From NCBI RefSeq assembly GCF_030028105.1, contig NC_092390.1, positions 46,296,777 through 46,360,776 on the forward strand: a stretch of 64,000 nucleotides of DNA. Reading direction: 5' to 3'. Source of the stretch: Mobula birostris. Its lineage: Eukaryota. Positions 13,230 through 26,270 of the stretch are shown here, in pieces. The translations under genes and the position numbers were made by a program. Position 1 is the first letter of the stretch. Each line of letters begins with the position of its first letter. The notes below the pieces were generated by a model that was not told the DNA's origin, ran no database searches, and saw only the letters and a program-made list of their open reading frames with translations.

Positions 13230-14770
13230 GTCTGTTTTAATACCTAATATGACAAAAGATCTGTGAGCAGTGTTCAGGGAAAATTAAATGTTTTACAGAT
13301 TTCAACAATGCAACGATGGAAACAAAGTACTGCTTGCCAAGCATAAATCAACGATGGGCAGATAAAGTGGTGAATGACCAAAAGGAAAAGCATAAAGGAA
13401 TGTAAAAACCATTATGGATCCTGGAAAACTGAAGAGATCCAAAGAAGTAGAAAAGGAATTCTAAACAGATTTAAAAATGCCTTCTCATTAAAATAATGAA
13501 AAGAAAATGGTTAGGGCTGTAAAAATCCTGTTTTCTTAAAATAAGTTTTAGAACAGAAATAAAGTATTAGGGCTCCACAAACACTGACATGAGTAATATT
13601 ATAAATGGAAGTTAGGAAATGGTAAACATGTTGAAAAATTACTTGGCATCGGTAGTTATAGCCGAGGAAGAATTATGAATGCCAGACATGCAAAGGAGAG
13701 TGAAATGGACGAAGGGATGGAGATTCACCACAACTAACATAACGACTTAACAATAATGAAGGAAATAATGGTACTAAAGAGGAACAATCCCCAGTACCAG
13801 ATGGTTTCCATTCCAGACATTAACAGGCATAGGTGAGAACATTACAGGTGCCTAAACCAAGATCTTCCAAAGCTTTCTTCTTTTAGTTCCTTTAGGTTGG
13901 GATACTGTCCATGTTATTGAAGAAAGTTGGTAAACTAGGGAATTAAAGACCAGTTAGCCTAACATCTGTGTCAGGAAATAACCAGAGTCTAAAATTAAGT
14001 ATAGAGTGATTGAACATCTTGAAAATTTTCAGTTGATCAGAGAGAGCCATCATTGTCTTGTAAAGGCAAGGTCATGTCTGACAAACCTGAATGAATGTTT
14101 TGCAAGGGATGACTAAAGTAGTGGAGAGGGAAATGTCTATGATTGTTATTTATATGGACTGCCAGCAAGCATTTGATAAAATCCCTCATAAGAGACTATT
14201 AGCCGAAGTTGAAGCTCATAGAATTGAGACAAATTATTGACTTGGTTAGGAGATTGCCTGAGCAAACAGGAGGCAGAGAGTAGGGATAATGGGCAGGCAC
14301 TTTAATTTGCAGGAAATGACTAGTAGAATCATGTCCCACAAATTAGAGCACCTGTCCTTTAGGGTAGGTGATGGGGCCACAACTGTTCATTCCATTTATT
14401 AATGATTGTGATGAGGTAATAGAGAGACACATATCAAAGTCTGATGATGACACAAAGATACAAGGCAGTGTAGGCAGTCTACATAGAAGCAAGGAATTAC
14501 AGAGCAATATTAATTGATTAAGTGAATGCAAACAAAAACTTGTGGCAAGCGGATTTCAATGTGGGTAAACATGAAGCTATTTATTTCAGATCTATAAGGC
14601 ATAGATCCGGATGCTTTGAAATAGGTGAATATATAGCAGAAACAATGTGAGTTTTAAAAGTGTCTGTAGATCATTGAAATATCATAGATATGTACAAAAA
14701 TAATCAAAACATCTAATGCAATGTAGGCTTTTTTATCTTATGGATTACAATATAAGAGCTTTGAAGCATG
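13230..14770 (+). mobile_element. Degenerate CR1 ORF2 (reverse transcriptase region)
   Basis: Remnants of RPVSLTS, SCLTNL, YMD.QQAFDKIPH, MGPQLFIPFINDCDE and ISKSDDDTKI (FADD motif decayed); many stops and frameshifts. Confidence 0.8.
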
Positions 14771-14899
14771 CTATATTATCTAAGTCCTAATTGACAGCTC
14801 CTAGGGCAAAGCAGCTTGTGTGGCAGTCATTCCATCCACTTCCTTAATTATCCACCACTGTGGTTGAGATAAAAATATGATTTACAGTATCTACCACAG

Positions 14900-15070
14900 A
14901 GAATCATAAAGGCTGCATCAATACCACTTACCAAAATGTTGACCCTCTTAATAGATAAAATGATAAGGTACATAGACATATGGAAATCCAAGCTATCCTG
15001 CCTTGGAAATATTGATTTTTTGCTATCAATGAGTCTAAATTCTGGAACTTTCCACCTAACTCCACTGTGC
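14900..15070 (+). mobile_element. Old CR1-group LINE fragment
   Basis: atcctgccttggaaatattg...aaattctggaactttccacctaactccactgtg, the plus-strand equivalent of 10900-11060. Confidence 0.5.
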
Positions 15071-15122
15071 TAGAAATGTATATAAAAAAAAAGTGTCTCC
15101 ATTTTCTCAAAGGTAAATAGAC

Positions 15123-15384
15123 GGAGACCCGGCTGGTGGCATAGTGGCATCAGTGCCGGACTTCGGGACGAAAGGTTCCGAGTTCGAATCCAGCCGGCTC
15201 CCATGCACGCTTTCCATCCGTGCTGGGTTACGAGCTGGTGATCTGTTTGGAAGCTCACCCGGCAGCAGGCAATGGCAAACCACTGCTGTAACTTGCCTCG
15301 TACATGGTTCCCCTCTACGTCAGAGAGGCGTGGAGGGAAATCGTCCGCTAACCAGAGAAACTCTGGATGCGACTTAAAAAAAAA
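15123..15384 (+). mobile_element. Young tRNA-derived SINE with RTE/BovB-type motif
   Basis: A-box TGGCATAGTGG, B-box GTTCGAATCC, GGCAATGGCAAACCACTGCTGTAACTTGCC motif, A-tail, many intact CpGs; flanking near-repeat AAATAGACGGAG / AAATAGAGGGAG. Confidence 0.85.
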
Positions 15385-16899
15385 TAGAGGGAGGCCTAGT
15401 CTACATTCCATGAATTATTTCCCTATTCCAACCTTTGAATATGTTTCCCTGGGTTTTTTTTCTCCCAAACTAGTAAATGAAACAAATTCTTATTTCCTAG
15501 CATAAAGAATTTATCCTGCCTTATTTTTTCAGACAGATTTCAAATTATTTCAATATCATACCTAATGTTTGACTAACTTTGTTCCAATATCAGTAATGCC
15601 TATTCATAATGTCAGTAAATTCAATGTTACACATGTTAATTTTTCTCTTCGTCCAATTGTTATCCAGCCACTTATAATGCGTTTCTATGAATTCCATTTG
15701 GTATACATCTATCCCTACACATTTAACATTCTTGGTTACCATAATCTCCTGTTTTTTTTACAATATGATGATTAAATTTCTTCATTTAGTTCCTTCCTTT
15801 GATATTTAGGAAAGCAATAGAAATATGATTTACTTTGACTTTTAAGTCTATCAGTTGTAGTCAAAAATTGTCTTCGCTTATATTGCTAAGTGGAAGCCAT
15901 ATTCTCAGCTGACTGTTGTAACCTCTCCTCTATTCAGTTCTACTGATGTTACATTGTGTAATATGCAATTTTTCTTTTGCTTCCATTTTTATACACATTT
16001 TGCCGCCTTCATTCCATCTATATGCTGTGAGCCAGTATATATTACAGATGCATATTTTGGAGAGTGATGCAAACACAGAATTAACTATATTAGTAAGAGT
16101 TCTTTGGAGTTGTTAAAATTTGTGGTTGCAGCTTTCAATTATTCAGAATAAGAGATTGTTTGCAAATATCAGCATCTTGTCAATATCAACATGCTGATGA
16201 CCCCTGTCCTCTAAAAGATAATTATGTCATGTACTTTTTAAAAAAAAGTGATAAACTTTAAAAAAAAATTTAACTAAGTCAACAAATAGGGAGAAAAGAT
16301 AGTAAAATGATCCCCTTCATTGAGACCCTGGACTCTGGAGAGCCCAATTTGAAAGCTATGTTGAAGGAATTATATTACCTAATAGCAGACATAAAAGAAA
16401 TCTTCAAGTCTATTCAGTTTCAATCTCATAGCATGAAACAGAGTTCTTTCTCCCATTTATCACTAACACAGCTCTTTAACGTCCTATCCATTTTTTTTAC
16501 AGGAGTTCTTTCAAAATATTCCATGTACTATTTTACATGTGAAGAATAGCCAATTTGTTTTGTGTAATATACCCTATGTTGACTGTTATTCTGTGTTTAG
16601 TTTAAACCTCCATCGCTGGAAGTTTATATTATTTGTAATTTACATGTTTAGGGTTTTACTGACAAATTTTTAATCCCAAGTGTTTGAGAAAAATATGGCG
16701 CTGATGTTGCAGAGCACAATTTTGTTCTTCGTTGATTATTCCTCTTATTTAAATACAGAACCATGTACTTTTATGAGGTGCTATGACTGAAAGAGGAGAA
16801 AGTCATGGATATATATATATATATATACTGATACCTGAAGAACAGACTTTCATTGGATCAAATAGTAATAATGAATTTTCAGGTGCTGAATGTTTTACC

Positions 16900-17135
16900 A
16901 CTTGGCACAGCTTCATTCCATAACGATCTCTGGCGAAGTTAACCCCCAAATATACATGAGCCCACGTTCGTTACTGGCTAATTATTATGATTTATAATTT
17001 GTCCTCTTTATTTTCAGTACTCAAATTACACCTTCTTTATTACAAGTGCTGAAAATGGCAAATGTAAAATATTAGTGCAATTACTGAACTCATTCATCTC
17101 ATTTGGAATGTTTGTACCTCGAGCTGCCAAATATA
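16900..17135. promoter_or_regulatory. Candidate conserved non-coding element
   Basis: TE-free; CTAATTA, TGATTTAT (Pbx-Hox type), AAATTAC and GCAATTA words clustered. Confidence 0.4.
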
Positions 17136-17173
17136 TATTACACTGCAGGAACAGTTCTTTATGCGTGTACTAC

Positions 17174-17178
<5 letters not shown>

Positions 17179-17212
<34 letters not shown>
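17179..17212. repeat. (GT)n microsatellite
   Basis: About 17 perfect GT units. Confidence 0.97.
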
Positions 17213-17213
<1 letters not shown>

Positions 17214-19309
17214 GAGTTCATTTCTGCAGTGCAGGAGATTTTAAGAAGCTGAGGTCCTTAAAATATAAAATCCATATTTGTGCAGAGACCACAGCATTAG
17301 CTTGCTATTGCGTGGTATATATTTTCTGACAAAACAATGCTTTGGTTCAAGGCATCGAAATAATAGTTGTGTTGAAGCTAATTTTGCCAAAATGCGGCTT
17401 GTTCTTCGTTATTTGACAGAGTGCATATTTTTTGTTCCTCATTAAACTCTACAATTACTGTGAGATGTAAAGTGGTGAAATTATTGGCATGTGCCACTTT
17501 TATCGTTTGTTTATTATTACTCTTGCAGAAAATGCTTCAGTGGTATTAGTCTCTTCAGTGAGTTGCAGCCGAGTTAATAAATATTATTTGGTGTTTTCCC
17601 TGAGAAGCAGTGCATTTCTTGATTGTTTTTTACAGTTGGATTGGGAATATTGATTTATTTACCCCAGCTACAATAATTGTATACAAGGAGAAAAATTTTT
17701 CAGTGGTTAAAATTGTATCAGCTACAACAGTTTAATTAGTTGTAATAGATTAGGCACACGGCTGCGCAGCCAGAAAAAAATTAGCATTTAGAGAGAGTAA
17801 GTGGTAAAAGGAAGAAAAAAAATGAAGTGAATGGAAACAGCATAAACAGAACTCGATGCAAAACCAAAAAGAGGCAAGAAGAGGTTTGGGAGAAAATAGC
17901 TGAAGAAATTTAAGATACTTTTGAATGTCTTCAAGCTTGTAAGTAGATTATTCAGTACCATGTCATTTAGCTCTACTGACATTTTCTTTAAAGTCATAAA
18001 GGCCTGCAAAGTAATAAAAGGGCTCTGAATAAAATTAGAAATATCATGGATAAATTATCCTTAACCTTGGCTACATTGAGGCTGTGACTTTTTAGACTTG
18101 AGCAATTTTCATAAAACCATCCACATAAAACTATGAAAAATATTTGATCCTCGACTTTCATATTGCAAGGTTTAATATCAGGAGTGGCTTCTTGTTAACT
18201 GACAAGAGAAATAGCAGTTAGAGGCAAAATGTCTCCTCTAACAATTCTATTTGGTGAAGGACAGCAAAAGGTACTTTGAATAGATTGTACCTATTGCCAA
18301 GGCTATTTTTTAATGAAATAGTTTTCCTTTTGCTATCCATGACAGGGATGCAAGTCAGTGTCTTCTTATAACCCAGGAAATTATCCTCAGGATAGAATCT
18401 GTTCATATTTAAATTAGTAAGTTAAAATGTATGTAGAAATAAGAAAAAAGTACAAATAGATTAACAATTGAAATCCTTTGCAAATATTCTTATTTCTCCC
18501 AGTGGATTTAAATAATGACAAATTTTAAGTCAACATACTAAATGAAATATTAGAACTTTTGGTACACATTGTCGTATAAAATAGAATTAGAGCTGTTTTC
18601 ATTTTTTTACCGGGTATTCCTGAGAAAAAAATCTTGAAAATGTCTTAATTTTTTTATTCATCAGCCAGATATCATCCAAGTCCTTCTGCAGCATGTATAT
18701 TTTCATTATCAAAAACATTGAGCCATTCATTATGAGAATTCAGAATAATCTTTTAATGGCAAAATTTCATGCCAGAAATTTATGGTGCAAGATTTTAAGT
18801 TAATGTGAATGATTCCAGGTGTCACTAATAGCTTCAGTGATATGTATGGCCATATTGGACTTCCACTAAATCTAAAGTAATATTCACACTCTTTTATCTG
18901 GACAGATGAGCAGGAGTTTAAATTAAATAAAATACTTCCATTCTGAGCTGCCTAAGATAGTGACTGGTACAGACTCTGTTCGGGTAGATGTAAGCACTTC
19001 ATAAACACATTTTGTGTTATAGATGCCACCTGACTCCTGTCAACAGGCTCAGTAACACATAAAAATAAATTATCTGCAGGTTTACCTGTCTGAAAGATAG
19101 ATTCTGCGCATCCGACTGTTGCAACCATTCTAGTGACAGGAGTGCCCATCATGTTCAAGTAATAGGGTTAAACAGCTGGATTGGGATTTGTGGCTCAGCA
19201 AGGCCAGAAGGCTCAAACACTGAAAGTGTAGGATGAATGGACTGATAGAAGGCTGCAGGACCTGTTCATTACAGTATTTTTCTGCTTCACTGCAAACCTG
19301 TAATGATTG

Positions 19310-19545
19310 CCACACTGTTAGATTGACAGTTGCCCTCTTTCTTCTCAAGCTTTTCAAAGAGGGTGAAGGTAAAAATTGTGCCTATTGACCTATCTCGATG
19401 CCCCATAAATAGTTCAATTTGCTATTACTGACAAGCAGGTGATAAGTTGTTTTTATAGTATTTGATCACTTTCAAAGGTTAAATAAAATAGGGCTTAATT
19501 TGAAGCAAAGTTAATTTGCAGCGGAGAGATTAACCAAAGGGTATT
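19310..19545. promoter_or_regulatory. Candidate conserved non-coding element
   Basis: GATTGACAG (Pbx/Meis-like), CCCATAAA (posterior Hox/Cdx), TTCAAAG (Tcf), TAATTTGCA (octamer-like) in TE-free context. Confidence 0.4.
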
Positions 19546-20739
19546 TTTTTTTTGTTCTGGGATATTTTCAAAACCTGAGTTTTTTTTCTTTGATGTAATC
19601 AGTATTCTAATATGTCTTTGCATCTTCCCTTCAGGTCTCTTGAGTTTGAAATGATATAATGGTATCACTGGTAAATGTCACATATGCTGAGGAGATGTCA
19701 GTAGAGTAGAGCCTAGAGGTCTGGAATTCAAATTAGGAGACTGATCTTTATCTTAAATGATGTGCCAGTAGATTTCTCCCCATCAAGTGGAAATAATAAG
19801 AGGACATTTCCGCTGTAGTACATGCACTGCTACTACTGTCTGGCTGTGTAGCATTATGAATTGTAAACTGCTCATACAGTATAGAATATAATTAAGATAA
19901 GATAGCTTTACTGTCTGAGGCAAGATCAAAGCTTGCTTCAAAATTTAGTTTGGCTTCTTGATTTTATTTTCATTTATGGAACACAGAGAATTAACTATGC
20001 CAAATGACTCACCTTTGCTATCTTTACATATTAAGTTAAAAAAATCTTGGAAATAAATTTAGTCTGATTCAGTGGAGAGACTTAGCCTGAATCATAATTT
20101 TCTTGTATTTTAATAAAGCATAGTATACTGTTTATTTCGGTATGCTCTCGCCAGAGTTGCTCTTTGGTCAACGGTGCACACTTTGCCTAAAAAAAAACAA
20201 GTAGTATAAGAATTGTATTTGTAGCTCATGTCAAATATTCATTAATCCATATTTCTTTATTTATTGCTGTTCATAAGCAGAATGAGTCTTCTATATTAAT
20301 ACATTAATTACAGAGTGGCTGTGAGTGAAGAACAATAACAGTGATGAGGAGGAAGACTTTCAACTGCCAGATCTCTTGCTACTAATTTAACAAATTTCAT
20401 GACATACGCTGGTGATATTAAACTTGATTGTGATTCTCATGAAAATCAGACAACTAGATGTTGAAATCTGGTGAGAGCCTCACCTAACTATCTGTCTGCC
20501 TGAATCACCCTCTGCACAGGCCTTTAAGAAGGTGCTCAACACTTCCATCTGTAAAGGGGAGAGATTCTTTAAACATGCTGAGTGTTATACCCTTTACAAC
20601 TTATGAGAAATGGCTGTAAATATTTACATTCACTGCAAACACTGAGAGACTTGGCCAATAGCCCTGCAAAGGACTGCTGATATCATCTCTCCTTATTTTC
20701 TGGGAGGTCTTGGCCCCTTCAAAATATTCTTGTTCACTG

Positions 20740-20985
20740 CCAGCTTCATATCGGGTTAATGAACACAAAAATGAGCAAATTGTCAATTTCAAATATACTG
20801 TATATTGAGCAAGTGTAATTGCTGTGGATAATAGTTCTGAAATTAATAGCAATATTTAATGAATCCCACTTCACTCGGCAATTGGCCTAATGACTTCTTA
20901 AAAGTCGCAATTCTCTTTTATTGGCATATGACTACAACTGCTTATTGGCAAATTGTAAGTGCAATAAGTGCCATTATTTACCTTG
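20740..20985. promoter_or_regulatory. Candidate conserved non-coding element
   Basis: TE-free; repeated TTGGC/TTGGCA (NFI half-sites), TTTTATTGG (Hox13/Cdx), TAAT cores. Confidence 0.3.
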
Positions 20986-22819
20986 TTTTGTTTTTAGCTG
21001 TGTACCTGAGATCAAACAACTGAATCAAGACAGAGAAAGAGGCAAGGACCAACACGTACCAGTGTAATTGTAGAAGCAAGGAGGCAAAGGACGGAAACAA
21101 ACCTGGACAATGAGTCATTCGAGTAGGTTGGCAGAAGCAGGTTTGGTTCCAGGAATTGGAAACGACCACACAAAAAGGAGCAGTTGTACAAAAGATTGTA
21201 GCTGGCAATTAAAAATGACAAGAGTTACTGCACCGTGAAGTTAACTTGAGCACAGTTAGTTTAATCAACTCCCTTCTTAATAATTGTCTATCCTTTAAAG
21301 TATTGTTTCAACAGCACTGATAATACAAACTACTTCCCGAAGTTCCTCTCAGTTCATACCGCAGAATTAAATGAAACCTCAGTAATGCCACTCCCCTCAT
21401 TAGGACACAATTTTTGGTTCAATCTCTCATTATAAAAGAATGAACATTGGTGAGGTTTATGTTTACGCCCTTGTGCAGAGGCTATTTCAGTCTGCTTGCA
21501 AATGAGTAGATTTCAACTAAAGTAACTGGTTTTCTTAATGTTCTTGCAGAGTTTGGAGCTTTTGTGTTTGTGGAAGGGATTGAATCTTGATAGTGTTATC
21601 TTAATAACTGATTTCTCTAATAACTTTAAAATTGGTTCAAATTGTTTCGTCATGCAACATTTACCTGACATTTATGGAAAAATAATGAACAAAGAAATTA
21701 TAGCAGTTAAATTTGTTTGGTATCATCAAATGTTCTTGTTTGTAGCAGGGAAGTGACCCTGTCTAACCTTTCCAGGACCCCCTGCTTGGCCACCTCCTGT
21801 ATTACATTGGAATGTACCAGCAGACCCTGTCTGTAGAACTTTGTCAGTTCTTGTAACGCCAGCCAAACATGCACAACTCCTGGGGGAATCTCAGTAACAC
21901 AATTCACAGCACATGGTACTTTAAGTCTTTTAATTCTATGCAGCCATACTAACAGCATAAGTATAATTTTTAATGCATTTTAAATTGTAAGGGACATTTT
22001 GTTGATTCACCAATGTAGCATCGGCAGGTAGGATTCAAAGACAATTATATTAAAGTGCAAATGTCTTTTGGCAATAATCTCGGGCTAAGCCTCATATCTG
22101 CCTTCAGGATAGTTCTTTGAATATACTCGGAGGCTGCCTTTCCTTACGAGATTGATTTCTGTTCACACGACAGTTCACACAACCATTCCCACTCCGCAAA
22201 GCACCTCCAACTTCCTGCCCTCTTGAAACCATAGCATTTTCCTTCATGCAGTCTTGCTCCTTGCCTGTATGAAGCCAAAATAAAGCAGTGTACTCATGTC
22301 ATTTTTCATGCCATGCTCAAGACCTCTGTGCAAGAGACGTAGTTCATTGATTCCAAATTTCAGTGAGGTCAAATGCCAAGTAGAAAAGACTTTGGATTTA
22401 GACCGAGTGAAAACTTTCAATTTGGACGATACACAGCCTACAAAACTAAACTATTGGGTTTTTCTTTTACACCATACAATTAGATTTCACAGCAAATGTC
22501 TTCAGTTATCGCAGCAGTTTCAATGAAAGTGGAACAGAGAAACCTGGTAAATTTTACTGTCGAGGCAAATAATGTTAGAAATGTAAAGCAGTTTTGTTCA
22601 TTGCATTTACATTTTGGTTTAGTAAGAAGAAAGCACACCAAGGCACGTAGGCCTGCATTGAACTGCCTTTTGCTGGAGGATCTGTATTGCATTTGGACGT
22701 CGAAACTGTAACAGTCCTAGTTTTTGGCTAACATGCTGTGAAATATACAAATTCAGCTCTTACTGTAGGATTTGGAAGGACAAACCTATGTATTCTCGCC
22801 ACCATTTCAATACTCTATA

Positions 22820-23305
22820 GAGTCCAATGATTCCAGGATTGAATGGCTTCTCATATGAGGAGTGCTTGTGGGCTCTGGGCCTCTACTCACTGGAATTCAG
22901 AAAAATAAGGGATGACCTCATTGAAACTTATCGAATGTTGAAAGGCCTCAATGAAATGGATGTGGAGAGGATGTTTTCTATGGTGGGGGAGTCTAAGACC
23001 CGTGGACTCAGCCTCAGAATAGAGAGATGTATATTTAGAATGGAAATGTGGAGGAACTTCTTTAGCCAGAGAGTGGAGACTCTGTGGCATTTGTTGCCAC
23101 AGGTGGCTGTAAGAGACCAAGTCACTGGGTATATTTAAGGCAGAGGTTGATAGGTTCTTGATTAGTCAGGGCATGAAGGGTCATGGTAAGAAGGCAGGAG
23201 ATTGGGCCTGAGAATAAAATTGGATCAGCTGTGATGAAATGGTGGAGCAGACTCGATGGGCGGAATGGCTCAATTCTTCTCCAATATCTTATGGTCTTCT
23301 GGTCT
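22820..23305 (+). mobile_element. CR1 LINE, 3' end
   Basis: ORF 22827-23138 MIPGLNGFSYEECLWALGLYSLEFRKIRDDLIETYRML...FFSQRVETLWHLLP plus 3'UTR ending cttatggtctt. Confidence 0.92.
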
Positions 23306-23405
23306 TTTGGTGTACAGCCCAGCCTTGATGGGCTACTGCAGAATTAATGTATGGATTTGATATTTGGATCCAGCACCAGAAACAGGATATGAGACATTAA
23401 TAATG

Positions 23406-23696
23406 CGCGCCACAGTTGCCTAGCAGTTATCGCAACATTATTACAGCTTGGGCTGTGGGAGTTCAGAGTTCAATTCCAGTCTCCTCTATTAGAAGTTTGT
23501 AAGTCCTTGCTGTAAGTGGGTGGGTTTCTTTTGGGTGTCATGGTTTCCTCCAACAGTCCAAAGACATACCAATTAGTAGATTAACTGGGCATTGTAAAGT
23601 GACCTGTGATCAGGCTGTGGTTAGATAGGTGCTTCTCTGGGCATTATGGTTCTTTGGGCTGGAAGGGCCTGTTTCACGCTGTATCTATAAATAAAA
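23406..23696 (+). mobile_element. HE1-like SINE
   Basis: gagttcaattcc B-box, ggtttcctccaacagtccaaagac core, tail gggcctgtttcacgctgtatctataaataaaa. Confidence 0.85.
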
Positions 23697-23792
23697 TTTC
23701 ATTGAGAATAAGAGGCAAAGTTAATTATTAGCATTACGAGTTTTTAGTTAGCTATCATTTTATTTTTCTAAGTGTTTAATAACTGTTTTGAA

Positions 23793-24080
23793 GGGGCAGA
23801 TTGGTAGAGTGGCAGATAGCACAATCACTTTAGAGTGCTGGAGATCACTGATTGGACTGTCTGTACATTCACCCTATGACTGTGTAGGTTTCCTCTGGGT
23901 GCTCTGGTTTCCTCCCACATTCCAAAGAGATATGGTTAGGGTTAATGAGTTGTGGACATGCCGTGTAGGCACCGGGAGCATGACAACACTTGTGGGCTGC
24001 CCCCAACACAATCCTCACCTGTTTGATTTGATGCAAATGATGTACTTCACTGGATGAACATGTGACAAATAAAGCTAATT
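23793..24080 (+). mobile_element. tRNA-derived SINE (HE1-like head, Rex1-like tail)
   Basis: ggtttcctcccacattccaaaga core, then ggttaatgagttgtggacatg...atgtgacaaataaagctaat; same family as 11477. Confidence 0.8.
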
Positions 24081-25494
24081 ATTTCACTCAATTTTAATTA
24101 TATTTAAGTGTTAGGAAGATTGTTCAGATAGGTGCAAGGATAGGGAAATTACAATTTTCTAAGTGTTTTGGAGAAAGCCAACATCTTTATAACTTTCTGC
24201 TGGCTTTCAAAAAAAGTTGCAAGTATTTTCATCACCATAATAATTCCATAAATCTCTTTCAACATTTGTAAAAAAAAATGAATAAAATTATCATAAAATG
24301 CGATTGCACATCTTGTTGTCAATCTCCTACAACGCAGATATATTTTGTTAGAACATGATACTAACATTAAAATGTTTCTGATCCACTGCATTAATCAGGC
24401 TTGTACACAATCCTCAGATTAGATGGATGACCTTGAATGCTCTCTTGATGGGTTTGCTCTAGTTACTGCCAAAAGGTCATGGATGACCATGGCAGACGGA
24501 TGAGAGAATGATGCAGCCCTCTAACATAAGGGTGCTGCTGAAGAAACAATATGCATAACCATTTCAAGGGCGGCTTTCCACAGTGATCAGTGACATTTGA
24601 AATCCAGTGACAAACAGATCTAAGGTGAATTGTCAGGTCTCAGTTCAATTGGATCTCTTTCTCCTATCAGCTGTGATGTCATCAAGCTATCTTTACGCCA
24701 AATAACATTAAAATATTTCTTGTATACACCAAATTGGAGACAAAAATGCAATTTTTAATTGACTTCTATTAAATATAAGAAATTATACCAAAGAGTGATT
24801 GAAACCTCCATTTAACTAACACAGAAGCTGAAATAATCATATTAGATTTTTTTTGTTTTAAGGTATCATATACTTTTGAATATTCATGAATGCTTCACAT
24901 TACACATACACGAGATTAGTTTTTAGGACCAGGTAGTTTGCTAAGCAATAATTAGGGATTAGTATACCATTAAAATCTCACTGACACCTTGTGTAATGAA
25001 GTATAAGATCTTCAGGGTATTTGATACTGGATTAGTTTGTAAGTGGCTTAATTTCATGTCAGTTCTAGTGATTTTCTTGATTGCAGTGAAGAAGGCTGCA
25101 AACAGTGCAAGTTATAGAGGAATGGCAGATAACTGACAACTTTGGGACTTCCACGTTAAAGTAAGGATGTACAAAGATCTCAAAGTTGCTGTCACTTTCA
25201 GTGTGTAATGGCAGAACCTGCTGATATTTTTGTTGCAAAGTCCATGCCATAGATTAGCACTGGCCAGTCTTGAGCTAAAATTCAGCAGTTGCAATGTGAG
25301 ACAGGAGGGTGCAATTTGATCCATTTTGGGAGCAGTAACACAGAACATTAACTAAATAATGCCTTTGGAGCAAAGGCCACAGTCAAAGGATCTAGAGTTG
25401 GTAGAGAAAGTCGAAAAAATATTTAGGAAATTATATGGGATATTTGTTACTGTATATAAAGGTATACATTGGTTCATCTGAAGTACTGCACAGT

Positions 25495-25702
25495 CATCTA
25501 AAGCTTGTGTGCACCACTTGTGTTGGCAGCTCATTCCACACTCTCATGACCGTCTGGGTGAAGAAGTTTTCCCTCATGTTCCCCTTAAACTTCTCACCTT
25601 TCATCCTTAACTCACGACCTCTGATTGCAGTGCCACCCAACTTCAGTAGATAAAGCTTTCTTGCATTTACCCTATCTATACTCCTCATAATTTTGTATAC
25701 CT
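25495..25702 (-). mobile_element. CR1 LINE fragment
   Basis: ORF 25494-25688: MRSIDRVNARKL...KGEKFKGNMRENFFTQTVMRVWNELP. Confidence 0.9.
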
Positions 25703-25719
25703 TAAAGTAAGTTTTGTAT

Positions 25720-26270
25720 GTACATAGGAAGGATGTAAAGCAATGCCTTTTTGTATCATTGGCTAGACCTCATTTGGAGTACTATGTGTAAATCAGGGCT
25801 CCAGGTTTTAGAAAAGACCTTAAGACCTTAGAGAGTGGACAGAGAAATTTCACCAGGAATATTCTGAACATGAGAGACTTCAACTAATTGGAAATTTGAA
25901 GAAGTTCTGATTTTTGTTCTTAGAGCTGAGAATATTCAGGGTAGGGCCTAAAGTATTTAAAATTGTAAGGTTTTGATAAGTAAGTAGGGAGAAGCTGTTT
26001 GGACAAATACGATAGTAACTGAGGTTATATACTTAAAATAATCACCAAATAACAAAATAAGGAAGAATGTCACCACACAAAATTTTGTTGAGGTTTGAAC
26101 TCACCACCCACCCCAGCTAAAAGTGTACTGGTTTCAGATTCAAAAGGAAAAGGTAGTTGGACACATAGTTAAAGATGTGCACTTTTCCGAGTTTTGGCAA
26201 GCAAAAAGCAGTTGTATTGGACTGAATTAATGGGTGTCTCCAAAAGCTGGCTCTAGCTGAATAGCTCCAT
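25720..26270 (+). mobile_element. Old CR1 LINE 3' portion
   Basis: tagacctcatttggagtactatgtg (RPHLEYYV), gaaaagac...cttagagagtggacagagaaatttcacc remnants. Confidence 0.6.

Noticed and set aside
15123-15200. Bona fide tRNA gene (also 9935-10005 and 3713-3784)
   Set aside because: A/B boxes are present but the cloverleaf stems are incomplete; the first two continue into SINE bodies with tails and TSDs.
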